From positions 52,942 through 116,941 of the forward strand of contig SMLU01000002.1 of NCBI GenBank assembly GCA_007859745.1: 64,000 bases of DNA, given 5' to 3'. Source of the stretch: Phycisphaerae bacterium RAS1 (GTDB lineage Bacteria > Planctomycetota > Phycisphaerae > UBA1845 > Fen-1342). The position numbers and the translations under genes are program-made. Shown here one piece after another: positions 8,442-17,740 of this stretch (position 1 is the stretch's first letter; the number at the start of each line of letters is the position of its first letter). The notes below the pieces were generated by a model. That model saw only the letters and a list, made by a program, of their open reading frames with translations. It did no database searches and had not been told where the DNA came from.

Positions 8442-11102
8442 CTAACTCGCCTCGTCCGCCGCCTCGGCCGCCTCTTCCCGGTCGCGCTGGCCGCGGATCG
8501 CCTCCCATTCCTCTTTCGTCACGATCACTTCCCGCGCCTGGCTGCCCTTGTACTCACCGACAATCCCGGCCGCGTACATCTGGTCGATCAGCCGTGAGGC
8601 GCGGCCGTAGCCGACCGTCAGCCGCCGTTGCAGCAGGCTCACCGAGCCGCGGCCGGACTGAATGATCATGTCCACAGCCTCGTCGAACAGCTCGTCACGC
8701 TCTCCGTCCGAGCCGGCCTTGCCCGGGGCGCGGATCAGTTCGGGATGGAATTCGGGCTGACGCTGCTCCTTGCAGTGCCGCACGACGGCTTTCAGCTCCT
8801 CGTCGGAAATGAACGTGCCCTGCGAGCGCACCAGCTTCGACATTCCCGGCGGCAGGAAAAGCATGTCGCCCTGGCCCATCAGCACTTCGCCGCCGTTCTG
8901 ATCGAGCACGATGCGCGAATCCAGCCGCGAGGCGACGCGGAAGCAGATGCGGCTGGGCAGGTTGCTTTTGATGAGGCCGGTGACGACGTTGGCCTGCGGA
9001 CGTTGTGTGCTGACGATCAGGTGGATGCCGACGGCGCGGCTCTTTTGCGCCAGGCGGCAGAGGTAGAACTCGACCTCCTTGGCGGAGGTCATCATCATGT
9101 CGGCCAGCTCGTCGATGACGATGACGATGTAAGGCAGCGTCACCTGGATGCGCGTCATTTCCTCATCAGTGTCGATCTGCAGGCGCGTCTTCAGCTCGTT
9201 GTAACCCAGCCGGTTGTAGCCGCGGATGTCCTTCACGCCGGCCTCGGCCAGGAGAGCGTAGCGCTCGTCCATCTTGGTGGCGGCCCAGTCGAGGATGCCC
9301 TCGGCCTTGCTCATTTCGGTGACGATCGGGCACATCAGGTGCGGCACGTCGCGGTACATCGCCAGCTCGACCACTTTCGGATCGACCATGATGAGCTTGC
9401 ATTCATCAGGTGAGCGCGTCAGCAGAATCGACATGATCACGCTGCTGACGCAGACGCTCTTGCCCGAGCCGGTCGTGCCGGCGATCAGGCAGTGCGGCAT
9501 GCGCGTCAGGTCGGAGACGAGCGGCTGGCCGGAAGCGTCTTTGCCGAGATAGAGCGGCAATCCCATGCCGTCGGCCCGCTGGCCGAAGTTGTGGATGATG
9601 TCCTTGAGGCGGACTTTTTCCTTGTCGAGATTCGGCACTTCGATGCCGATCGTGTTCTTGCCCGGCAGCGGCGCGACGACACGGACGGCGGGCGCCTTGA
9701 GGGCGCGGGCCATGTCGTTGGTCAGCGAGGCGATCTGGCTGACCTTGATACCGGGGGCGAGCTTCAGCTCGAAGACCGTGATGACCGGCCCCGTGTCGAT
9801 CGCGACGACCTGCACTTCGAGGCGGAATTCGTTCAGCGTCTGCTCAAGAATGAACGCCTTTTCGCGGCAGAGGATTTCGATGGCCGACTTGTCGATCGGC
9901 GTCGCGTCCTCCAGAAGCGCCAGCGGCGGGAGGATGTAGTCGCCCTGCACAGTCCGCAGCGGCGCCTTGGGCGGCGGCGATTTCGGCGCGCCGCGAGCCG
10001 CCTCGTCGTCGCCGCGCATCTCGCGGACGACCGGGCCGCTTGAGCCGCGGGCGGCGCCGTTGGACTTGGGCGTCGTGAGCAACGGAAGTCCGCGGTCGGC
10101 GTCTGCGCCGCCCGGCTGATCGACGGCGGCAGCGCCGCCGTCATGAGACTCATCGGGCGCGTCGTCTGCCGCCGATGCCGCGTCATCCGCACGTGGCGCG
10201 GGCGGCGCGAAGCGCTCTCGTGCGGGCGTCGGCGCGAGGCGGTCGCGGTCGGCCGCGCGGTCATCCTCGGCCTCGATTTCCTCGTCGCGTGCGCGGCGGA
10301 GTTGCTCGCGTTCGTCGCGGGTCGGCGCGCGGGGCGCGGGGCGCGACGGCTCATGACGCGAGGCCTTGGGCGGCTCCAGCGCCGGCGTTCGCCCCTTCAG
10401 GGCGACGACGCCGGACATAGCTGCCGCCGCTCCGGCCGAGGCGACCGCGGCGCCGGCATTGGCGACGGCGCTGCCGGCGTTCACGACCACTTCGCTGCCG
10501 CGGACGATCATCGGCATGGAGCGCCGGCCGAGCCAGCCGATCGCTCGCAGCAGGTGGAGCACAATTTCATCGGCTGCCAAGACCGCGCCAACTACGACCG
10601 CGCATAGCAGGAACATCAGCGTTCCACCCCAGCGGAGGTAGTGTTGCAGCGTCGCCCCCGCCGCCGCGCCGAGCACTCCGCCCGGCCCGCTCATCGGGTA
10701 GCGATCGGACGCGCCGATCAGCATCGCGCCCGCGGCGGCGACGGCGGTGGTCACCATCGCCAACCCCACGGCCCGCAATCCCATGTCGGTCAGGTTGACG
10801 CCCTTGCCCCAGGCCCAGATCAGCACGCTGACCAGGAACAGAAACGCGTAGGACCCGATGCCCAGGTAGAAGAGCAGGTGATGGGCGAGCGTCGCGCCGA
10901 CCACGCCGCACAGGTTCTTGGCCGGATCGTTCGCGGGCCAGACGGAGTTCGACGGCGGATCGGCGATGTCATAACTGAGGACGCAGATCCAGATGAAGAG
11001 GCAGACGAGAGCGGCGACAAAGGACAGGCAGAAGCGCAGCGCCGCCTGACGTTCATCCGTGCGTGCCATTGCGGCCATCCATGAACGAGCCGAGTCCGGC
11101 AT
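8442..11102 (-). CDS. ftsK: DNA translocase FtsK
   Basis: N-terminal TM segments, Pro/Ala-rich linker, motor domain GTTGSGKSV, C-terminal gamma wHTH (GRGSVSLLQRRLTVGYGRASRLID). Confidence 0.9.
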   Translation of the reverse strand: MPDSARSWMAAMARTDERQAALRFCLSFVAALVCLFIWICVLSYDIADPPSNSVWPANDPAKNLCGVVGATLAHHLLFYLGIGSYAFLFLVSVLIWAWGKGVNLTDMGLRAVGLAMVTTAVAAAGAMLIGASDRYPMSGPGGVLGAAAGATLQHYLRWGGTLMFLLCAVVVGAVLAADEIVLHLLRAIGWLGRRSMPMIVRGSEVVVNAGSAVANAGAAVASAGAAAAMSGVVALKGRTPALEPPKASRHEPSRPAPRAPTRDEREQLRRARDEEIEAEDDRAADRDRLAPTPARERFAPPAPRADDAASAADDAPDESHDGGAAAVDQPGGADADRGLPLLTTPKSNGAARGSSGPVVREMRGDDEAARGAPKSPPPKAPLRTVQGDYILPPLALLEDATPIDKSAIEILCREKAFILEQTLNEFRLEVQVVAIDTGPVITVFELKLAPGIKVSQIASLTNDMARALKAPAVRVVAPLPGKNTIGIEVPNLDKEKVRLKDIIHNFGQRADGMGLPLYLGKDASGQPLVSDLTRMPHCLIAGTTGSGKSVCVSSVIMSILLTRSPDECKLIMVDPKVVELAMYRDVPHLMCPIVTEMSKAEGILDWAATKMDERYALLAEAGVKDIRGYNRLGYNELKTRLQIDTDEEMTRIQVTLPYIVIVIDELADMMMTSAKEVEFYLCRLAQKSRAVGIHLIVSTQRPQANVVTGLIKSNLPSRICFRVASRLDSRIVLDQNGGEVLMGQGDMLFLPPGMSKLVRSQGTFISDEELKAVVRHCKEQRQPEFHPELIRAPGKAGSDGERDELFDEAVDMIIQSGRGSVSLLQRRLTVGYGRASRLIDQMYAAGIVGEYKGSQAREVIVTKEEWEAIRGQRDREEAAEAADEAS

Positions 11103-11614
11103 CCGGTCCGGACGTGCTTCTTTTCGCCGATGGGGGGAGTATAGCGGGTCTCCGGGGGCAATTCGACGGGCGGCGGCGATGGGAACGTGAGAACGCCGTC
11201 AGAACGTAAGAACGACGTGCACCGGACGGTCGAGCTGAGTCATCGCCTTGCATCAGCCGTGCGACCAGCCAGGCGCAGTCGGATGATGGCAGGCAAGAGC
11301 TGTTTCACTTGGATCAGCGTAGCGACTTTGTGGTTGAGCTTCCAAAAAACGGCTGCAAAGGCTGTGAAAGGTGTCCAAGTCACAGCACAACTCCAGCGCA
11401 CGTGGATCAAATTCCGCGCGCGATGCGCGAAATCCCACAGGCGAGTGGCCATCAGCCGATGCTGTGACGAATTCTAGGCCGACCTGCGTTGCGAAGTCCA
11501 ACTCGGCGGATCGAGGGATCGAGCGTGAGCGCTTGGCGGGGCGTACACCTGGTGTTCGCGGGGCCCGACGCACGTTTCGATATCGATGACGACATACGGG
11601 CGCCGTACTGATCC

Positions 11615-11848
11615 GGCCGCCCTCCGGGCGGAAGAAAATTGGGGATGGGGTTTGTCTACCAGGGGCTGAAGCCCCCGGCAACCATCGTGCGCCCTCCGGG
11701 CGAAGAGCGTACGCTCCCTGAGCGAAGAGCGCACCCTCTGGGTGAAGAGCGCGCCGTGCGCGCTCCGGGCAGCCCGCCCGGAGGGCGAACGAGCGTTGCC
11801 AGGGGCTTCAGCCCCTGGGTTGCAAGCCGCCACCCCTCTTCTTTTTTC
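11615..11848. repeat. Family-C composite palindromic element, copy 1 (~235 bp), ending in a CCCCTCTTCTTTTTT tract
   Basis: CAGGGGCTGAAGCCCCTGGCAAC...GTTGCCAGGGGCTTCAGCCCCTGG nested inverted repeats; near-identical to copy 2. Confidence 0.8.
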
Positions 11849-11889
11849 CGCCCGGAGTCGCCATGCCGCCATGCGGCACACTGGGTGAT

Positions 11890-13375
11890 GAAAATGGGGT
11901 CGAAGGGTACGCTTTCGAGGCGCGGATTGGGAACGGGTTGAAGTCGTCGCCCAGTGAGCTTTGAGCTCGCCCCGGAGTCTGACTCGGACGCCGTGTTACG
12001 CACACTGATTTGTCGCCCCCGTGTTTGCGGGTGAGGACGCAGGACAGGTTGTTGAATGGATTGGCGTCTCCCGTTTCCAGTGCCGGCGGAGCGGAGGTCA
12101 TGTCATGGAGATTCTGTTTGGCTGCTGCGGCGCGTTGGACATTCATCTGAAGTCGATTCAGGCCCATGTGCGGCGACGGAACGCGAACGGAGTGGTCTCG
12201 TCGTTCGCGCAACGTTTCGGCACGACCACGGCCCAGATTCTGGCGCTGGGCGATTGGCTGGCTGAGCACCAGGTCGAGAAGGTCGCGATGGAGGCGACCG
12301 GCGTGTACTGGAAGCCGATCTGGAATCTGCTCGAGGATCGCTTCTCGTTGATGCTGGTCAATGCCCAGCACTTCCACAACGTGCCCGGACGCAAGACCGA
12401 CGTCAACGACGCAGCCTGGCTGGCGCAGTTGTTGCAGTGCGGCCTGCTGCGCGACAGCTTCGTGCCGCCGCGGCCGCAGCGCGAGCTGCGCGATCTGGCC
12501 CGTCAACGGACCGCGCTGGTTGAGGACAAGAGCCGTGTGGTGAATCGAATCCAGAAGACGTTGGAAGACGCCAACATCAAGCTCTCCTCGGTCGCCAGCG
12601 ACGTGGTCGGCGTCTCGGGTCGGGCCATGATCCGGGCCATGATCGCCGGCCAGCAGGACCCCGCCGCACTGGCCGATCTGGCACGCCAGCGGCTGCGGAC
12701 CAAGATTCCCGAGCTGCGCGAGGCGCTGCGCGGCGGCGTGCGCGCGCACCATCGCTTCATGCTGAAGCAACTGATGGATCAGTTGCAGATGTTGGAAGGA
12801 CAGATCGAGGCCTTCGAAGCGCGGCTCGACGAGCTGCTCTCCAACAACCGGGAGCCGATCGAACGCTTGCGCGAAATTCCCGGCATCGACACGACCGCCG
12901 CGCGTCTGATTCTGTCCGAGATCGGCACGGACATGAGCCGCTTCCCCTCCGCCGCACACCTGTGCGCCTGGGCGGGAGTTTGTCCCGGCAACAACGAAAG
13001 CGCCGGCAAATGCAAGAGCGGCCGAACCCGCGACGGCAACCGCTGGCTGCGGCGCGTGCTGGTGCAAGTGGCCTGGGCCGCGAGCCAGAAGAAGGACTCC
13101 TACTTCTACGCCCAGCACCGCCGCATCGCCTTCCGCCGCGGCATGAAGCGAGCCACGATGGCCGTCGCGCGCAGCATCCTGACCACGCTTTACCACATGC
13201 TGAAAACGGGCTCAGACTTCATCGACCTCGGCGTTCAGTTCTTCGACAAGCTCAAACCGATGCGGGCCGTCAACTCGCTTGTGCGTCGATTGGAGGCGAT
13301 CGGATACCAAGTGCAACTCCGCCCCAAGGTAGCCTAGCCACGCCTCCGGAGGCGTATTTTCAGGACAGGGCGGAC
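11890..13375 (+). mobile_element. IS110-family insertion sequence. Boundaries approximate; has a ~215-bp non-coding leader.
   Basis: Transposase ORF plus a lower-GC upstream leader. Lies between family-C copy 1 and the 3' end of the IS200 tnpA. Confidence 0.6.
12105..13337 (+). CDS. IS110-family transposase (DEDD RuvC-like N-domain plus Transposase_20 C-domain)
   Basis: KVAMEATGVYWKPIW; IPGIDTTAARLILSEIGTDMSRFPSAAHLCAWAGVCPGNNESAGK. ATG at 12105. Confidence 0.9.
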   Translation: MEILFGCCGALDIHLKSIQAHVRRRNANGVVSSFAQRFGTTTAQILALGDWLAEHQVEKVAMEATGVYWKPIWNLLEDRFSLMLVNAQHFHNVPGRKTDVNDAAWLAQLLQCGLLRDSFVPPRPQRELRDLARQRTALVEDKSRVVNRIQKTLEDANIKLSSVASDVVGVSGRAMIRAMIAGQQDPAALADLARQRLRTKIPELREALRGGVRAHHRFMLKQLMDQLQMLEGQIEAFEARLDELLSNNREPIERLREIPGIDTTAARLILSEIGTDMSRFPSAAHLCAWAGVCPGNNESAGKCKSGRTRDGNRWLRRVLVQVAWAASQKKDSYFYAQHRRIAFRRGMKRATMAVARSILTTLYHMLKTGSDFIDLGVQFFDKLKPMRAVNSLVRRLEAIGYQVQLRPKVA

Positions 13376-13380
13376 GAAGC

Positions 13381-13833
13381 TCACTTGAAGACCTCATTCT
13401 CGTCAAACTCAATCCCATGTCGGCGCAGCAGTTCTAGAAACTCCGTTTTGAAATCCATGCGCCGGTGATGCTCCTTTTGCCGCGCGATGTAGGCCTCGAC
13501 CTCGGGCACGGCGGATTTGCTCACAGTGAAGCCGCCGTAACCCTCCTGCCATGAGAAGCGCCCACGCTGCGGCCAGGTCTCGTTGATCCACTTCGAGGAT
13601 CGGCCCTTGATCTGCTGGAGCATTTCCGAATGAGAGAGGTCGGCCCGGTAGCGAATGAGCAGATGAATATGGTCGGGCATGCCGTTGATCGAAAGAAGCG
13701 TGCAGCGCAAGTCGCGAAGGATTCCGCCCATAAATGGGTAGAGGCGCTCTTCCAGTTCGGGAGTGATGAGTATGGCTCGGAGTTTCGTGCTGAACACCGT
13801 GTGGTAGAAGTTCTGCGTGTAAGCGCTGGGCAT
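13381..13833 (-). CDS. tnpA: IS200/IS605-family Y1 HUH transposase TnpA
   Basis: YHTVFSTKLR, HUH motif DHIHLLI, KGRSSKW, and catalytic Y in WQEGYGGFTV, all closely like IS608 TnpA. Start MPSAYTQ at 13833. Confidence 0.85.
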   Translation of the reverse strand: MPSAYTQNFYHTVFSTKLRAILITPELEERLYPFMGGILRDLRCTLLSINGMPDHIHLLIRYRADLSHSEMLQQIKGRSSKWINETWPQRGRFSWQEGYGGFTVSKSAVPEVEAYIARQKEHHRRMDFKTEFLELLRRHGIEFDENEVFK

Positions 13834-13855
13834 GGCGGGCTCCGTCCGCCCTCCG

Positions 13856-14127
13856 GGCGGAAACACGATCCGGGTGGGGCCTGTCTACCAGGGGCTGAAG
13901 CCCCTGGCAACAATCGTGCGCCCTCCGGGCGAAGAGCGATGCTCCTGACCGATCCCAACGGGAACCCGATGGCCCTGGCAACAATCGTGCGCCCCCCCCG
14001 GGAGACGAGCGTGCACCCAACGGGCGAAGAGCGTGTGCGCTCCGGGCAGCCCGCCCGGAGGGCGGACGCTCGTTGCCAGGGGCTTCAGCCCCTGGGCTGC
14101 AAGCCGCCACCCCTCTTCTTTTTTTCC
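13856..14127. repeat. Family-C composite palindromic element, copy 2 (~270 bp, with an internal ~60-bp duplication), abutting the tnpA 5' end
   Basis: Shares more than 200 bp with copy 1, including the hairpin CCAGGGGCTGAAGCCCCTGG and the T-rich tail. Confidence 0.8.
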
Positions 14128-14228
14128 CCGCCGGCCAACGACGGCGCGAGTGGCGTGCAGCCCCCATCGCCTTCCCCGGCCCGCGACGCTACGCTACCGC
14201 CGCGCGGTCGACGGACCGCCGGACACTC

Positions 14229-15062
14229 ATGGCGCGACAGGACGCACTCACCGCCACGCTGAACGCCCTGCAGGCAGCCGTTGCACAAGGGCTGGCTGGC
14301 TTCGGGCTATTCTGGACTTTTGGCGCACACGCGGCCGCCTACGCCCCGGTCGAGCTGACCACGCGGCGCGGCTGGCATCGGCTGCTGCCGCAGTGTTTCG
14401 CGATCGGCACCAAGTCCGTGCCCGTGATCATGTTGACCGGCATGTTCGTCGGCATGGTGCTCATCGTTCAGGGCTGGAACCAGTTTGACGCCGCCAACCT
14501 GCTCGACCGGCTGGGGTCGATCGTGATCATCTCGGTCGTGTCAGAGCTGGGGCCGGTGTTGGCGGGCGTGATGGTCGCCGGGCGGGTGGGCGGCGCGCTG
14601 ACCGCCGAGCTGGGCACGATGAACGTCACCGAGCAGTTGCTGGCGATGCGCTCGATGGGCGCCGATCCGATCCGATTTCTCGTGACGCCGCGGTTCCTCG
14701 CGTGCCTGCTTCTGACGCCGCTGCTCACGTGCTACGCCGACGTGACCGGCTCACTGGGGGCCTACTTCGTGTACCTGGGCTACGGCGGGGAGTCGGGGCC
14801 CTTCTGGAGCTACACGCGCGATACCGTGCAGGTGTGGGACATCGCCTCGGGCATGACCAAGGCGTTCTGTTTCGGCGGGGCGATTGGGCTGATCAGTTGT
14901 TTCTACGGCTTTAACTGCCGGCCGGGCGCCGAGGGAGTGGGCCAGGCCTGCACGCGGGCGTTCGTGATCAGCTTTATCGTGATTCTCGTGCTCGATTTTT
15001 TCCTGAATCTGGTCATCAACAGCGTGTACGAGCGGCTATACGGCTTCCGGCCGCTGATTTAG
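14229..15062 (+). CDS. mlaE: MlaE-family ABC transporter permease (phospholipid/toluene-tolerance Ttg2B type)
   Basis: About 278 aa with 5-6 TM segments and the conserved LVTPRFLACLL...GGA.GVG signature. No mlaF or mlaD adjacent. Confidence 0.8.
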   Translation: MARQDALTATLNALQAAVAQGLAGFGLFWTFGAHAAAYAPVELTTRRGWHRLLPQCFAIGTKSVPVIMLTGMFVGMVLIVQGWNQFDAANLLDRLGSIVIISVVSELGPVLAGVMVAGRVGGALTAELGTMNVTEQLLAMRSMGADPIRFLVTPRFLACLLLTPLLTCYADVTGSLGAYFVYLGYGGESGPFWSYTRDTVQVWDIASGMTKAFCFGGAIGLISCFYGFNCRPGAEGVGQACTRAFVISFIVILVLDFFLNLVINSVYERLYGFRPLI

Positions 15063-15099
15063 TGTCACTTGAGGCGCCGCGGCATCGAGGAGCGCGGGA

Positions 15100-15170
15100 G
15101 TCTGGGGGACCGGCCTCTGGCCGGTCTCGCGTCGGCCGTGAGAATTAAGACCGGTCCGAGGCCGGTCCCC
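15100..15170. repeat. Family-G palindrome: GGGGGACCGGCCTCTGGCCGGTC...GACCGGTCCGAGGCCGGTCCCCC
   Basis: Inverted repeat. Partial copies also at about 7750-7790 and 41685-41700. Confidence 0.6.
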
Positions 15171-15192
15171 CACATTCGACCTTCCCGGCCGC

Positions 15193-16362
15193 TCATTCTT
15201 CCGTGCACGTCACGCGAATATCGTGCCGCGGCAGCTCCTCCATGTAGTGCGCCGTCGGCACGCATTTCTCCAGCGGCTGGGCGCCGGGGGCGATGACGCC
15301 GCGGGCCTGCATGTGCGCCACCAGCGCCGTCGGAAACGCCGTGGTCCGCTCCATCGCGGTGAACCCGGTTGCTTCGTCGTGGCGGTCGAAGAGGTCGAAG
15401 CTCACCGTGCGCGGCCGGCCGCGATCCGTCCCGATCACCTTGGCGCGCAGCACGACCAGGTCGCGCACATCCGGATACGCCAGGCGCTCCTCGAACAGAC
15501 GCTGCATCAGCGGCTTCGGAGAAATCTCGCCGCCGCTCCGAAGGGCGATGTGCTCCTCGAAGCAGCCCAGCTCGAACATCGCGCGAATCAGCGCGAAATG
15601 GCCGGCGTAGCGGACGGTCTTGTAGTCATACGATTGCAGTCGGCCGGCGAAGCTGTCCGGGCAGGTGCTGGTCCCGCCCGACGTGACGGCCGCTTCGCAC
15701 TTTCCGACCGGGCTGGGGAACTCGATCTCTTCCAGTTCGGTGAGGGCGGGGATCTCCACCTTGCGTCCGTCGCGCAGGAACTCGCCCGCCCCGCTGTACT
15801 CATTGACCAGTCCCTGGAAGTTGAAAACCAGCTTGTAACCCAGCGGACCCACGCGACGCTGGGGCAGGCCGCCGCAGCGCACGTGCGCGTGCTGCGGGTC
15901 GCTCATCGAGGCGACGCCGTGGGCGGCGAGGATGTTGCCCAGCCCCGGCGCGAGGCCGCAGTCGGGTACGACGCTGACACCGGCGGACAAGGCCCGTGCG
16001 TGGCGCGAAAGCTGCTTGCGAACGACGGTCGTATTTCCGCCCAGGTCGCAGAAGTGCACGCCGGCCAGAATCGCCGCGTCGGTCAGCTCGACGTTGAAGC
16101 GGTAGGGGACCGCCGAAATGGCGCCGCTCGCGCCGCGGAGGGCGCGCGTCACGGCCGAGGCGTCGCTGACATCCATCACGCTGCCCACCAGCTCGCAGCG
16201 CTGCGAGGCCAGCAGGGCCCGCAACCGGTCGATGGCGCGGGTGACGGCGGCGCCGTCTGAATCGGCCAGGGTGACTTTTGCAGCTTCGCCGTTGCGAGCC
16301 AGATCGTAGGCCAGCGCGACGCCCTGACGGCCGGCCCCGAGAATGACGTATTGGTATTTCAT
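15193..16362 (-). CDS. Saccharopine dehydrogenase family NAD(P)-binding oxidoreductase
   Basis: Rossmann motif MKYQYVILGAGRQG. Architecture of the Sacchrp_dh N- and C-domains. Confidence 0.75.
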   Translation of the reverse strand: MKYQYVILGAGRQGVALAYDLARNGEAAKVTLADSDGAAVTRAIDRLRALLASQRCELVGSVMDVSDASAVTRALRGASGAISAVPYRFNVELTDAAILAGVHFCDLGGNTTVVRKQLSRHARALSAGVSVVPDCGLAPGLGNILAAHGVASMSDPQHAHVRCGGLPQRRVGPLGYKLVFNFQGLVNEYSGAGEFLRDGRKVEIPALTELEEIEFPSPVGKCEAAVTSGGTSTCPDSFAGRLQSYDYKTVRYAGHFALIRAMFELGCFEEHIALRSGGEISPKPLMQRLFEERLAYPDVRDLVVLRAKVIGTDRGRPRTVSFDLFDRHDEATGFTAMERTTAFPTALVAHMQARGVIAPGAQPLEKCVPTAHYMEELPRHDIRVTCTEE

Positions 16363-16403
16363 GTTCAACTCCTTCGTTCGGCGCACTTCTCCGAGCTCCC
16401 CAC

Positions 16404-16967
16404 TCACGCGCGGCTGTCCCAGACCGGATCCGCGGCGCCGCTCATCTTGTTCTGATATCGGGCCATCACGAACAGGGCATCGGACAACCGGTTCAAATAC
16501 GGAATAATCCCCGCCCCGATCGGCTCCTCCTCGCGCAGCCGGATCGCGATTCGCTCCGCCCGGCGGCAGACGCAGCGGGCGACGTGCAATTCGGCGGCGG
16601 GCAGCGTTCCACCGGGGAGGATGAAGTTTTCGAGCGGGTCGAGCCGCTCGCTGAGCCGATCCATGAGCGTCTCGAGGGCGGTGACGTGTGCTTCGCCGAT
16701 GCGCGGGCCGGGGACGCGGGCTTTATCGGCTTCGGGTACGCACAGGTCGGCGCCGACGTGAAAGAGCTCGTTCTGGATCCGCCGCAGCGGTTCGATCAGC
16801 TCGGGTTTCGGGCCGGCGGCAAGAATGGCGCCGAGGACGGAATTGAGCTCGTCGACCGTTCCGTAGCACTCGATGCGCGTGGCGGTCTTCGAGACGCGGG
16901 CGCCGCTTCCCAGCCCGGTCGTGCCGTCGTCGCCGGTGCGGGTATAGACCTTGGTAATCCGGGGCAT
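16404..16967 (-). CDS. ATP:cob(I)alamin adenosyltransferase, PduO/MMAB type
   Basis: Motifs TRTGDDGTT, RIECYGTVDELNS, LPGG. Four-nt overlap with the upstream gene. Confidence 0.8.
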   Translation of the reverse strand: MPRITKVYTRTGDDGTTGLGSGARVSKTATRIECYGTVDELNSVLGAILAAGPKPELIEPLRRIQNELFHVGADLCVPEADKARVPGPRIGEAHVTALETLMDRLSERLDPLENFILPGGTLPAAELHVARCVCRRAERIAIRLREEEPIGAGIIPYLNRLSDALFVMARYQNKMSGAADPVWDSRA

Positions 16968-17151
16968 CGCATTCTCCGCACCGCAGGGGAACCCGCTGAA
17001 ATTATAGGCGGATCAGGCCGGGGGAGTGCGGCACACGCGGCTTTGCGGGGCGCGGCGCGAAAAGATTTCGTAGACTACAGCATCGAGGCAGGTCCGCCGG
17101 TCGTGCGGTCCGTCCTGCCGCTGAATCTCGGCATAACAAGACGGTGAGGAC

Positions 17152-17592
17152 ATGGACAGCAATTGGAAGCAGAGTTTCGTCGAGAAGCTGAATCGGGCCC
17201 AGTCGCAGTGGACCAGCAAGTTCACCGAGGTCATGGAATCGCAGGTGTCCGAGACGTTCGAGGACATCCGCCGCTTCGTGCAGGACAACGGCTTTGCGGC
17301 CAGCACTCCGCTGCGCGAGGACTCGCGCCGCTCGTTCAAGTTCGAGCTGGCTGAGAACGCCTACCTGCTGATGATCTTCCGCTCGGTCGGCGTGGGCGAG
17401 TTCGAGGTGCGCAGCGAGAGCTTCGTGCCCGGCCGCGACGCCAAGCTGGCCAAGATGCGCTGCCGGCTGGTGGACGTGGACGAAGCCTGGGCCCGCGACC
17501 AGTTCCAGGCGGCTCTGGACGCGTTCGTCGCGCACCTCGCGGACGAAACCGCGGGCGCGCCGGAGGTAAACGAGGAGCTCGTGCTGGTCTAG
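17152..17592 (+). CDS. Hypothetical protein (146 aa)
   Basis: Clean ORF with coding-like composition. No motif recognised. Confidence 0.5.
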   Translation: MDSNWKQSFVEKLNRAQSQWTSKFTEVMESQVSETFEDIRRFVQDNGFAASTPLREDSRRSFKFELAENAYLLMIFRSVGVGEFEVRSESFVPGRDAKLAKMRCRLVDVDEAWARDQFQAALDAFVAHLADETAGAPEVNEELVLV

Positions 17593-17617
17593 CGAGGAAG
17601 TGGGAAGTGAGAGCGGG

Positions 17618-17732
17618 CTTTCCGAGCCGCGACCGTGAGGGAGCGGAGACTTGAAGAACCGCTTGCTTACGCGCGCGGCTCGGATCTTGCCGCCGCGCGC
17701 GGCTCTGATCTTGCCGCCGCGCGCGGCTCCGA
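17618..17732. repeat. Family-D palindromic repeat (TCCGAGCCGCGACCGTGAGGGAGCGG ... CCGCTTGCTTACGCGCGCGGCTCGGA)
   Basis: Inverted arms with a variable spacer and tandem GATCTTGCCGCCGCGCGCGGCTC sub-repeats. Confidence 0.75.
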
Positions 17733-17740
17733 GCTGCCGA

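Noticed and set aside
8442-11102. Multiple plus-strand ORFs (8628-9413, 9492-10043, 10143-10607 and others)
   Set aside because: Antisense to or overlapping ftsK.
11160-11600. Lower-GC patch upstream of ftsK with ORFs 11187-11477 and 11240-11452
   Set aside because: No recognisable motif; probably the ftsK promoter/UTR region rather than genes.
13381-13866. RAYT (REP-associated tyrosine transposase) identity for the Y1 transposase
   Set aside because: The sequence matches canonical IS200/IS608 TnpA (YHxVW, DHIHLLI, KGRSS) rather than the RAYT group. Kept as IS200/IS605 TnpA, with the repeat association noted as a hypothesis.
11474-14167. ORFs 11474-11881, 13409-14167, 13521-13958 and 13630-14262
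   Set aside because: Translations of the family-C palindromes (Pro/Gly/Arg-rich), mirrored on both strands.
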